A DNA stretch of 64,000 bases from a virus, in the IMG/VR virus record IMGVR_UViG_3300005805_000047, positions 1 through 64,000 of that record; one strand, 5' to 3'. A program made the translations under genes and the position numbers. Shown here one piece after another: positions 56,001-63,200 of this stretch. How positions within the stretch are numbered: position 1 is the stretch's first letter; every line of letters starts with the position of its first letter. The notes below the pieces were generated by a model. The model had not been told where the DNA came from, made no database searches, and saw nothing but the letters and a program-made list of their open reading frames with translations.

Positions 56001-58772
56001 TCGCGCCGAATTGATGTCTCATCTAGCTCTGCGCTCAACTACGTGGACTACGACGAAAAGACGAGAACACTAAGTGTTGAGTTCCGTGGACGAGATGGCA
56101 ATGGGAATGGAACTCTTTACAACTACCAAGGTGTTGAACCAGACGTGGTTGACGAACTTGAGAACTCAGACAGTCGCGGTGCGACCATGCGTAGAATCAG
56201 GGACAATTACGAGTTTACGACGAGCGAGAGACTGCCACAGTCTGCATACGAGGGTCTTTCATCGCGCAGTGAGACGGACAGACTCGCCGCTTGGAAGCCA
56301 GTAAACCAAGATCTCAGAAGCCTGAGAGATCGAGTCAAAGGTAACGAAATCAATGATGGCTTGATTGGTATTGGGGATGCAGAGGTGAGGCCAGGTAGTG
56401 ACTTCTATAGGGCTCGTCGGAGAGCATACATGGGCCTCATGGATGAACTTGAAGAAATAATCGCCAATGCAAAAGAAGAGGGAAACCTTGACTTGGTTGG
56501 GCCGACAGAGAAGTCAAGGGGTCGATTTGAGAGGCTCATCAATGCAGGTGACTGGGCACAGGCCAGATTCCACATGATAGGAGAAATTGCCTCAGTTCGA
56601 GAATCAAGAGCCAGTGCAGAAAACGGCTTTGCCTCGCGGGGTGGTCGCAAGTCAACCGAAGAGTACAAAAAGATAGTTGACTCATTGCCAGATCCGACCG
56701 AGCGTCCGAACAAGAACAGATACATGCAGGCAGCCGATGGTGCTCGCAATGTTGTTGAGGACAGGTATGCACTTATTCATGCTCGTCGCAGAATAGCCAA
56801 AGAGATGGCAGAAGCAAACGGCGTGGAGTGGAAAGACGGCGTAGACATCTTTGATGTTACCAACGGCGATGATGATGATTTAGAAATCTTGATGGATCTT
56901 GACAACAGGATTGAAGAACTCAATAAGTACGTCACTGCCAATGACAAGGAATATAGGCGAGTTCGCAACATGGAACAGTTGGTGCTCCAGAAGGACTCCG
57001 AATTGTCTGACATCAAAGACGGAATAGACCTCGCACTTGAAGAGTACGAAATTACCGAACAAGACATTAGGGAATATTCGGGCGAAAATGCCAAGGAATG
57101 GTTCACCACAACACCAGAGGAAAATACAAACGAATTGGCAAAAAGCCTAAGAGGCAGATTGCTGGATCTGAATAATCATGAGGATGAAAACGACAATACT
57201 TCTCTCTCCAGAGAATATTCGGAAGATATCACCAAAGTCATAAAGTTAATCAGAAATGGAACGCCGGAAGATTTGCGTGAAGCCGCAGAAACAATGCAGG
57301 AAATTATCGGTAAGCAGAGAAGCGATTATCAAGACCGATACAAGTCCTACGAGTATGAAGGCGACGAACTAATTGACTCTGGTTACCGTTCAGTTCCATT
57401 TTTTGACGAGGAATCTGACCTTGACTTGGATGGGGAAGATGATTGGGACTACTCGCAAGAGATAGATGAAGAAGATGGAAGATTGAATGTAATTGCCGAT
57501 GAACTCTACGGTCCTGAGCCAAAGGACAAGGAGACGGTTGACGAGTACATGTCAATGAGTACGGAGGATGGTTTTGCTTCGGGTGGTCGTCGTCGCCCAG
57601 GTCGCCGCAATCAGGGTGGCAACGGCCAACGTATGGCTCCTACGACTCGCTATTCTGATGAAGATAGGCAGAACTTGGCCGATAGGAACATCCTTAGGTC
57701 TCGTAAGCGTCCTGCCAAACGGCGTCAACCACCGGATCAGTCTGAGTGGGAGGGTTTTGCCTCAACGAACCTAATTGACGATGATGTCAATGATATGGCC
57801 ACTGACCCGCGCGGTGCATTTGAGGGTGGCGAACACGGGCCAGGCAAAGATATCTCTCTACGGAAGATGTGGGAAAACATCCGTAGGTCAGGAGAGAATA
57901 ACGAGTGGTTTTCTGAATCAATGAGAGCAGAAGACTTGGCGAGAGATTTGAATATTCCTCGAAATGTCGCACAGGCACTACTTGATGCCAGACCACAATC
58001 TGGTCGACCTGAAATGTTCATTGACAATCCGTATCTGGCCGACACTCTTAGCCAAAGAATAGGCATGAGTAGAACTCGTTTGTTTGGATTTGACCCACTT
58101 AAGTATTACGACGATGAGGGCAACCCAGCATCCACACCAGAAGAGATTGATGCGGCCATAGAATCTGAGCGAGCACGACGTGCGGCGAGACTTGCCGCCC
58201 GAGAAGGTCGCAGAACCGGCAAGGGAGATCTCTATCGCGGTGAATCATCCAATGTTGATGTCCGTGACCTTGAGTCAAAACTCAACATAAAGTTGACCGA
58301 CGATAACGGGGATCTCCTTAAGCCAACTGCCCTTGAGAGAGCGGCACGAGATACTGGTCTGGGTTGGAGTCTTGAGAAGTGGCGTCGCATCCACAGCAGG
58401 GGTGGTGCGTTGACACCGCAAGATATTGAGAAACTTGTCGAGCGTGGGATTCTTGGCAAAGAGGCAATGCCGGAAAGGGGAGACCTTTCTTTTGGGGAGG
58501 TATTCCAGTGGCCAGGGTTTGCAGACCTAGGGTCAAGCAGAATCATTGATGCCCTTTCAGAAACCCTCGGATTGAGCAGGGACGAGATAATGAAACAGCG
58601 TCGAACAATCCAGCAAGCCCTTGCCCTTGCCAACAAGGGTCAGAGAAAGACAATATCCACAAGGAATTTACAGCAAGGGAAACTCAAATTGACCAGAGCC
58701 AAGATTGCAGAACTTGCCGAAAGACTTGGCCTTGATGCTTCTGAGTTTGACCGCTGGTTCAGTGGCGAGTAA
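44076..58772 (+). CDS. 4898-aa polyvalent polyprotein: HK97-type prohead protease followed by motif-delimited modules (ArdC, 6 KTSC, DUF2958, acidic helical repeats, HTH)
   Basis: aa 1-170: GNKDSVGDVVISGAF, WGH, WSIGY, LYEVSPVLHGAN (prohead protease His/Ser/Glu); 23 GFAS-type motifs; HEAVH zincin motif. Confidence 0.9.
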   Translation: MMDNLLFKSGNSGQVNIDEAQGIVECFVAGIGNKDSVGDVVISGAFAKSLLRRKPRVVWGHSWNDPIGKVLEMYEVPIGDYRLPAKMRNAGIGGLYAKVQFNLNSEKGKEAFATVAFFGEDQEWSIGYKTIDSVFDPNLQANILKEVELYEVSPVLHGANQLTGTISIKGDEKGHMPIIPMPGMGATMMQEMPRIVVIAAPQDGANESSEGDPFAAGMSQELSQPDKMALQAELTERTGSKIEVMNATENTVVFRRTTQDGKASMYRLPYHREGDQYMFGKPEPYTANNPTPQPMQNIEQKPGAPVVVPNGGIAYRNDDQQEMLSMFSNENMVQSPWGKSDVSHLIELPESYMASAKDFISPVLRHHKLAARPNAKGIVIDGLLTANALDALQNAVKALGATLGQTSGNIGQAIGKIRDLAQTFNPYALDGDGDGFVQDGSAFQRPYIPIKKPGFDLPDVRGRKRSGDVLLDKPRSTPKLPKDKNTWTRAQRNEALLAGIVEPETREDVSFLANRRPENEGLAKYWDMSESDLTKEGNRLVNSRRQSTGAEKEKIDEELLKVSHEFQRRASYAETFGQEFVPPAKREVPEAMVPEADKPKPAKPGRTEAEGLASAGKVFDALNTDDLTDGKGYRKWEDLDDDEKLEMFQEVQYDYLYENYGNLGDDGLVEAMEDPRYDDEILEHAEMVYDKIKAKREEDGDMAADSAMDRAREEDGFGSRGEEPDADSLAQRDRERALDEQADAALDRALEGFIDKYGEDEFDKLTAEEQDILLEQGRDQARGLASSGSKLHTNTDVLMEIARRDGWRGGDKQPPVRSYRKAQEALDDWNKLSLEERNSLLDNDEPTIKEFVDALLKARDNRLAGIRSVQAERRNAERKRRAAEEKLKRQFARGDTSGVDTSALADYFPEDEYGNLGRSGREYVDAVLTNWAEMSQADRDKAIRDNRTIVEDPDSVVETLRDALSEYGYKNPKIAQFLDEAEAEADMLEMSGFESRGEGKFGSNPEDSKAAQIFDAILDKYWKMWGFDVPDADDKGWDEPFGFASLGNDEEVKQSKLDELVGGVRERLIAELETADPATWRPSWRNDSLPINPITGKPYRGFNAFWLMMRTSGENYRTGRFAGFNQLKARGAQVRKGEKGVPILRPQLVKKEDEDGNIKEFVVFRGATVFNIDQADGGDEALRAIPADLPESQRIAILDETLKELGVSVRTENITPHYNPDGDYISMPDFSKGTSPLEWTSTLAHEAVHWTGHKSRLDRPSLRDYSSDKKVRAYEELVAEIGSAMLLAAHGIDAPFRQDHAPYIKGWVSLLKDDPDALGNAFKDAQAAVNHMLEKSPNLRKLFGGLDNGKKAPDVDASTEVNVPVGASEGFASLHRVRTPGSEALAGVLYDDNSGELMVGFLKGKSWDDLGDDERIAWIDRVNAGRAEVGGYKRPLNDSEIDDLAREAYEDARDVGWYVYEGVTMEEVQELAAVKSKGRHINALKKLKKARKASDEDQFNFFGRSERVQDVAKTKQTDGFSSRGGNDNMIVERDPRTGYITISAMVTGDRGASEENRGTRRMRVIVAGGSIAEAKRNFRNRMKEDKVSFAGDSDGFASRGPAEPNEGLRRHKLMPVDIRERMPELYSTEDVDTEDKILAVKFFSPYSNWTWYGVEFDGEDTFFGYVEGFEKEWGNFSLSELAGAQLGNGIPAVERDMSFRPTKFEDLNGEGMPTITEDGFASGGSKRIGIEPQYNDPRWIDKTQQRILKQNTDWNSLSHDDQIDWANSFLDEYLRENEMGHGLSDVANGRRLTGRPDIDLLNYAEDAYSKMSDAHMRRRAQFGETDEGFSSVGRRTRRLGTKPSDAVDYVAWDPETESLFVAYKRGDGRSQMYVYEGVNSDEALAVENADSLGKAINAIKRAKNVRQATPEEVMGLADTDKREASETRKRLARLVLEETRDALKGMEVEFLSDTEINVSDGSEKMVRVSLDPDTLEFTVSKIRTIRGGREEPDDEELYDSESALSAGDVRTLTGLFMNDLQKDLDEESRLEREIDDARRELDMAGDAPGVENVDVTYSTALDAVDYNPSTQELRVSYKDGGTYIYEGVDRTAFEEFKSAPSKGRAMNDIKRAHPYRKDSEWTGGVDEDRGIEEFDVRGSEAVEKVTYDPSKEELTVVYSGGKGYVYTAVTREEADAVRSAPSKGRAINDVKRTHDVRKADAPVEERPTGSRGISPDVSKGKSFDERLELLEKLTQEEDDLADRLSGEFDGANPKGDYLTRGDAQGSATATSRKKYGTDAFKLLNDLFSSATPAEREKIREWFDGREKRMSAERAARTSRTIDPAPTAAPKMPTRKPPRGGKRVRNRNVVIEMEQGTLDEIMEAESKNITVDALRDAAGSVNGKYTKGPRKGKNRGSDTITVRDAETGELLHANEILLTSSVMRGSPTAANRKRGYIRARSYAGRQGHNITKDEGPSLRGEGRGMTDYDKRVYGLGSDEKNREYGLASRSSLDRLLTEPTPQEEVESFQRYLDSEYGEYFMDYTQMDDEELKKTLMQRYRMSRSEANATARQIRKDQDTLDELYMAADDAGFDSRGGRELVVPDEYRMYGVTKDALLDELYSEDLDEDEAERIADYWAQSDGLWDKYLDRAISNNEGNVLRAVSDAAQQAYEDYLSASADSLEQRRLDGFASRGQRLGEIRPMETAGNNWIESARLAEPLDIINLEDDDAREKFEEALIEAGVLDRINTSEYMDDVYERILVFAPDTDNGIMEAASGNQARNAPRTRYIVPTKDNKYAIVEFSGDYDGAPDGPPGYYPNYEVVDTAPSIGSAIRNVQKREQNDIGAPTGRAGGRTSEEGFTSSSYESDAEFLTRRAKEREDVLNAPVVKGEKSPLLDMSPYSAFDAFYGGGSKFIRRSEQTYDIYGPVSMPIAQQDSAFHTGFADQIVKDFSRSNLTIDELADRFDITPTQVQEVLLDAKANMLDLERLREKQKKTSLRSTEESDIRAGERVEKIFVGDRKHTDIPELTGEALARREQRLAHRRALAENDAIREKEGAALKELERTTEYRDAESNYSRAQTYNRQHEYWIGKGIELQENIDNLKETDDLSLLTTSALNGEDVLDILKEINEDWDLDFRDPTADWYENDYGTLVDWDGEEVSYDQLEWDDFEVDLESLSIEERQKLIDAVKEKKNWILETAQKNARELGFSEIPNERDLQKAIRDSNAAARKPIEDMRNEVAKKFPKVRVPEEPSKRSSLYGIRNEKGQFLELEELATGWAEEIRVAKAESAAQRAELNAQLNRGDQNLEDGFASRYSRYEGGWDAVAESSEMPNRPERATPMWDDLDEDQQNEFIHEVDYDYMYDNHFGLGDDGIVEAMEDGKYDDAISEHAQMVWDTIAERKEKKRLIDAVTATGVDPEMAGPIADYWFNSDGIHDKYMKRSNGDLGKAMEVAYEDYLSALADMQEDGFASRGSATKPSVDAETQKIIEGASLGQLAEMIQDDLADQGKEMYFGAVPYIDALSTMDSMDDRYGADSAQSVVAYALSNLQTYKGAKARAIKAELKKRLDEKVNRDGFASRSSGTDWGPLAGEVAPARPLRIETEWLNFEDLDPEEQDQLIRDGIENIDRVAQPDIDLEAERDFIIEEYDREARAARSDAAESLLKEIYELWDQDADADNIFQKNGNLAYAEELVKNGDYVEDYELAEARNIVDEVRERWEERKKNSVDDEPSDIDDEDSDGFASRMPNDGERLMRRGNRDFLSDEFSPREYRQAMSGLDKVRNNTGSPVTTEENAAIRKLADLYRARPKTTRNERDAINDVVNSLNSYRSRRSGNEGFASRGGRTEQIDVRNSSAVEQVTYDPLKEELLVVYSGNRGYIYEGVTRGEADALIDAPSKGGAINGIKATHSFRKASDSDVMDFDIDPVAVRKAEVDANWERLPSSDKEQYLRRATNAGIADGTGESADELLSAAKLRAMDDRELAMLEREAIGRGESSSRRIDVSSSSALNYVDYDEKTRTLSVEFRGRDGNGNGTLYNYQGVEPDVVDELENSDSRGATMRRIRDNYEFTTSERLPQSAYEGLSSRSETDRLAAWKPVNQDLRSLRDRVKGNEINDGLIGIGDAEVRPGSDFYRARRRAYMGLMDELEEIIANAKEEGNLDLVGPTEKSRGRFERLINAGDWAQARFHMIGEIASVRESRASAENGFASRGGRKSTEEYKKIVDSLPDPTERPNKNRYMQAADGARNVVEDRYALIHARRRIAKEMAEANGVEWKDGVDIFDVTNGDDDDLEILMDLDNRIEELNKYVTANDKEYRRVRNMEQLVLQKDSELSDIKDGIDLALEEYEITEQDIREYSGENAKEWFTTTPEENTNELAKSLRGRLLDLNNHEDENDNTSLSREYSEDITKVIKLIRNGTPEDLREAAETMQEIIGKQRSDYQDRYKSYEYEGDELIDSGYRSVPFFDEESDLDLDGEDDWDYSQEIDEEDGRLNVIADELYGPEPKDKETVDEYMSMSTEDGFASGGRRRPGRRNQGGNGQRMAPTTRYSDEDRQNLADRNILRSRKRPAKRRQPPDQSEWEGFASTNLIDDDVNDMATDPRGAFEGGEHGPGKDISLRKMWENIRRSGENNEWFSESMRAEDLARDLNIPRNVAQALLDARPQSGRPEMFIDNPYLADTLSQRIGMSRTRLFGFDPLKYYDDEGNPASTPEEIDAAIESERARRAARLAAREGRRTGKGDLYRGESSNVDVRDLESKLNIKLTDDNGDLLKPTALERAARDTGLGWSLEKWRRIHSRGGALTPQDIEKLVERGILGKEAMPERGDLSFGEVFQWPGFADLGSSRIIDALSETLGLSRDEIMKQRRTIQQALALANKGQRKTISTRNLQQGKLKLTRAKIAELAERLGLDASEFDRWFSGE
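45903..57770 (+). repeat. dispersed in-frame peptide repeat [DE]G[FL][AS]S[RG]G, 23 copies
   Basis: Copies start at 45903, 46218, 46419, 47046, 47196, 48180, 48627, 48855, 49227, 49554, 51522, 51780, 52074, 52584, 53940, 54414, 54735, 55230, 55518, 56250, 56622, 57567, 57750. Confidence 0.9.
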
Positions 58773-58821
58773 CCGAGTGCTAATGTTGATTGTGAATATT
58801 TCGTTGAAGGGATTTTGCTAA

Positions 58822-60255
58822 ATGAGCATGACAGAGGACGCAGTACCTACGGTAAGTGTTGATGCTGAAGGTGGCATTCTTGGCTGTGCCAAGGGTGTTG
58901 ACATTGCTCAGTGTGGCTACGTCAAGGGCGACAAGGTTTGTGGCAAATGTGGTGCCGTTCCCGTTGAGATGAAGGTTATGCCTGCATCTGTTGCGGCGGA
59001 GTTGCTTGCAAAGGCGGCCAAGTTGGATGAAGAGCTCACCAAAAAGCAAACTACCCCAAAGCCAACTAAGCCAGTTCGCAAAGTGCAAATGGAAGATGCT
59101 GACTCCGATGAAGAAGAGGCCATGGAGGTCGAAGCAGAAGTGGCCGACGAAGAGGCAATGGAAGAAGATGACGAGATGCTGGATGCCGTAGAGGTTAATC
59201 CAGAAGTACCAGAGGCAGATGAAGAGGACGACGAGGACGAAGAAGATCAAGAAGAAATGGCTGAAACATCCGACGAAGAAGAGATGGAGGATGACGAGGA
59301 AGAGGAAGATGACGAAAATGAAATGTCAGCTAACCCTCAGTCGCTTCTGGACAAATTTCGCAAAGCCAGACTTCAGCAAATTGGCGTAAAGTCGGCAGAC
59401 GTTGGCGAGCATGGCTACAAGTGCGCAATGGATGGAAAGGTTTATGCAGGAGGAACACCTCCGTGCGCCGATTGCAGTGGTGGTTGCTTTGGGACCAAGG
59501 GTCAAGTAACGATTCTTCATGCCGAAGGAATTTCTCAAACCCTTGTCAAGGGCGATGTTGTTGATTCTGCCTACATAGACAAAGCAGATATGTTCGTCAC
59601 GACAATTCGTCGCAAAGACGGAAAAATGTTTGACGTTTATGTTGATTCTGTTGGGGAAATTCGAGGACACAACCTTATTGACTCCAGCACAATTTACGAT
59701 CCCTCTGTTGATGATTTGACAATGGTGACATTTGATGAAGCGGCAAATATTGCGATAATGCACCTACAGCGCAAAGACGCCGAAGTGGTGAGCATTCAGC
59801 CAGCTGCATTTGAGGGTCACGAGGCATATGTGGTTGACATTCAGTGCAAGACCGGAGAGAGCTACGATGTGTTCGTAGGTATTGATGGAACATTGCTCGG
59901 CTACGAAACACTTCAAGAGCCAGACATTGAGGAAATTGAAGCAGAAGCCGCCGAAATAGCACTGAAATCGGCCTATCCATATGCCGTAAGGTCAGAACTC
60001 GCTAAAGCAGGCATAGCAATGCCGGATGGTTCTTTCCCCATACTTGCTCATAACGATTTGCTAAATGCAATACAAGCATCAAAGCGCGCGACAAACAAAA
60101 AAGAAGTCAGAGAGCACATTATTCTTAGGGCAAAGACGATTGGGTACGAGAATTCAGTACCGTCATCGTGGGTGGAAATCGGCGCCGCTGAGATTCAGGG
60201 AAGCCTCGAGGAATTCGACAGGCTCCTTGAGGAGCTTGACACGGACAAGGAGTAA
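58822..60255 (+). CDS. acidic head-module protein with Cys clusters, PepSY-like domain and C-terminal DUF6582-like motif
   Basis: CAKG..CG..CGKCG; long D/E tract; FDEAANIA..EVVSI..YVVDI..YDVFV; AMPDGSFPI..DLLNAIQA..VREHIILRA. Confidence 0.65.
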   Translation: MSMTEDAVPTVSVDAEGGILGCAKGVDIAQCGYVKGDKVCGKCGAVPVEMKVMPASVAAELLAKAAKLDEELTKKQTTPKPTKPVRKVQMEDADSDEEEAMEVEAEVADEEAMEEDDEMLDAVEVNPEVPEADEEDDEDEEDQEEMAETSDEEEMEDDEEEEDDENEMSANPQSLLDKFRKARLQQIGVKSADVGEHGYKCAMDGKVYAGGTPPCADCSGGCFGTKGQVTILHAEGISQTLVKGDVVDSAYIDKADMFVTTIRRKDGKMFDVYVDSVGEIRGHNLIDSSTIYDPSVDDLTMVTFDEAANIAIMHLQRKDAEVVSIQPAAFEGHEAYVVDIQCKTGESYDVFVGIDGTLLGYETLQEPDIEEIEAEAAEIALKSAYPYAVRSELAKAGIAMPDGSFPILAHNDLLNAIQASKRATNKKEVREHIILRAKTIGYENSVPSSWVEIGAAEIQGSLEEFDRLLEELDTDKE

Positions 60256-60258
60256 CCC

Positions 60259-63200
60259 ATGTCGCTGGGCGACGGGGAAAAAAACAAGGACATTCGCAAA
60301 AGAGCGAATGACTTTTTGTCATACGGTGTTTTGGGCTGCTGTCCCGGAGTTAAGGCACTTGGCAAGACAGTTGCCGACAAAAACTCTGACAAACAGCCAG
60401 AAAAGGCACTACCAAATGTAGAGAATAATGACGGCTATCGCTTTGACCCAAGTGGTAAGTGGGAGCCGGGAATGATGCTCAACCTGTTCCCCAATTCATC
60501 AAGTAGGGGCGCAATCAATGGCAAACCCAACTTTGGGTGGATTCCAGAGATGCCCGCGATGACACAGGATCAAACTGATCAAAGCTTCACTGAGAAATTA
60601 AAAAAACTTGCCGATGGACCACGCGTCGTTCAGGAAGTTTGGGAAGTTGATGACTCTGGCAATCCAACAAAACTTGTACAGACAGATGATCCAGATGCCC
60701 AAAATACTGAAAGCGACATAAAGGAAAAGGGTCTTGGCAGAACACTGAGAGAAATGAACCCCAACAACACCCTAATTGCAAGGGCGGCTAAACGGTTTGG
60801 GGTGTGGGTGGACGATTTAGGGAAATTTAGGTGCCCACCGGGAACACCAAATGCCAACCAATTCACAGATGAATTCGGCTCTACTTGCTTCGCCGTATCT
60901 GCATCGCAGATTGCGAATGCCGCCCAGGAGGGATTTGCATCGCTCGGTGCGTGGTGGAAGCGCAGGCAGCAATCCAAGCTCCCTTTTTATATAGACGAAT
61001 TCGGAAATGTAACCGAAAACATTGACATCGTCAGCGGACGACAGGAGTATCGTCGCGTATTTACTGGATCTCGAGCAAGAGTTCGTCAGCGAATGCAGGA
61101 ACTAGAGGACAATGTAAATGACCTGCTTCGCATTCATGGAATAACACCTTCAAGCAACAATAATGATGACCTCATTGCATTGATAGAGAAACTAAACCCA
61201 GATCTCAAGGGTAAGTTCATCACATTCAGGGATTCAACCATGATGAAGTTGACCCCATCGCAGCAGCAGAGGCTAAAAAGCCTTGGCATATCCGGTCAAA
61301 ATATTAGAGATTCAGAACGTGGATTCCTAATGAAGATTGCCGAAATGGCGCTTACAGACAGAGATCGATTCTTGCGGCTCGGTCTCGTTCAGGCGTCAAC
61401 GATAAGAATGCCCGACGGTTCAATTTCGGAAGCAATCACATTTGTGGCAAACCCAGATGCCCCACTTGGCGATGTCAAATACACCATAAAATATGACCCA
61501 ATTGAGATAGCAATAAATGCCAAGTCTCAACTCTTGGATGTTCTTGATCATCAGCGCCTAGGGTTAAGAACCACTGGGACTGCCAGTGATGAAGAAGCCG
61601 CAGATTTACTTCATCAGTTTGTAGTAAACGAGACACAGTGGGCAGGGGGTATGACGGCTTCCCTCGGGAAAAACCCATTTATGGCCAAGGGGACGCACAC
61701 GGCCATACATGAAATTGCCCACACAATTCAAGTAGACAAAATGATTGAAAAAGTAAAAGAACAGAAAGGTTCATCTGCTCGTTTATCCAAACTTACAAAC
61801 AGAGAAATTTTTGGCCTGTTGGCTGATGTTGGTGATGATATTGACATGGAGGATTTGGGTCTTGCTGTTTCTGACCTTGACCGAGTGGCATTTTTGGGTG
61901 GAAGATACGGAGCCGTAGAATACGGTAATAGAGGTGCAGTCAGTGAACTTTGGAAAGTTGAAGCAACTGCTGAACTTTATGCCTTGCGAGAAATGGGCGT
62001 AATTGAGGGCGACGACGTTGACAGAGCACTTGAATTCATGGATTCAATGCGTGGAACAAGAAGTCGAGAAATGCGCGAAGCAGGTAAAAAGAAAAATAGA
62101 AAAATAGTTGAGCGCGAAGCCACAAAGAGAAGACCAGCAGATGTTCCAGGTGCTAGAACGGCATCAAAACCCAAACGAGCAAAGTCGGTCAAAAGCCCCA
62201 AATCTGCGGCCACACTAGGGGATTCAATACTTGAAAAGTCTTTATCCAAGCTTGATTCGGAAGAAATTGAGGCACTTGAGAGAATTGGTGACCCTCGCAG
62301 TAAACAAATAATTTCTCTTGTTGATCCCAAAGGTTCCGAAAATGCGATTAAATCCATAGATTCCGGATATAAATTTGCCCGCAAACATGGTGCGGATTTG
62401 GACGAAATTGATGTAACTGATAGTTCTGCTGTTGAGCGTGTTGCCTACGACCCTAAACGCAAAAGGCTTTATGTCACCTACCGCGGCAAAGATGGTGAAT
62501 CCGGCAAGTCGTACTACTACAGAAAAGTAGATGAAGAAGTCGTCCTTGAACTCCACAAGTCAAAATCAAAAGGCAAGTCAATAAATGAAATAAAGCGCAC
62601 ACATGAAGTCATTGATATTGACAAAATTCCAGAAAAGGTTGACAAAAAAAATCCCGAAGAGGGGGACATTGCCTCACAGGTGCAGTTCAACCTCATACCG
62701 ACACTGACAGCCTTAGATAAGTCCGAAGTCGGGGAAGACATGAGGGTTGTAATTAGTGTCAACCCATCCAAGACCGGCGGCGAGATAGAAGATATCAAAG
62801 GGGTAACCACTGCCCGCATCTACCATGATGGAATATCACTCAACCCAGATGAGGTAGTTCTCGCCATTCCTTCTGATGCTCGCGGTATTCCGATTAAGGC
62901 AGGGGACTTTGACAGAGAAGGCACTGGATCAAACTCGCTGTTAATGATGCCACCAATGAAGGTTGCAGTAATTACGGACAAACAAGGAAAACGAGCAGAA
63001 CTGGTAGATCAGGAGTTCTCTAACACCACCCTGACCCGAATGCTGGATGAATGGCCTGCTGGTTCTGATGCAAAAGATGGTCGCCTATTCAATAGTTCAA
63101 GGAATAGGGTTGAGGAAATTGTCGCATCGCACATGGCGATGGGCGAGGGATCCGGAATGCTCCCAGATGGATCAACAACACCGATGTCTGCTCGTCGAAT

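Noticed and set aside
45903-57770. GFASR repeats as CRISPR repeats, attC sites or another DNA-level element
   Set aside because: Spacing is irregular (150-1970 bp), there is no palindrome, all copies are in one frame and variation is largely synonymous.
45903-57770. Motif as a Prp (L27-processing) protease site, F/ASKKG
   Set aside because: Only F-A-S-basic matches; the upstream LNLQ-type determinant is absent and no Prp-like gene is visible.
44076-58772. Giant ORF as an artefact of stop-codon recoding
   Set aside because: It is open under the standard code, and neighbouring genes end normally with TAA, TAG and TGA.
59090-59325. GAA/GAG/GAT-rich tract as a microsatellite
   Set aside because: It encodes the Asp/Glu-rich linker of the 477-aa protein.
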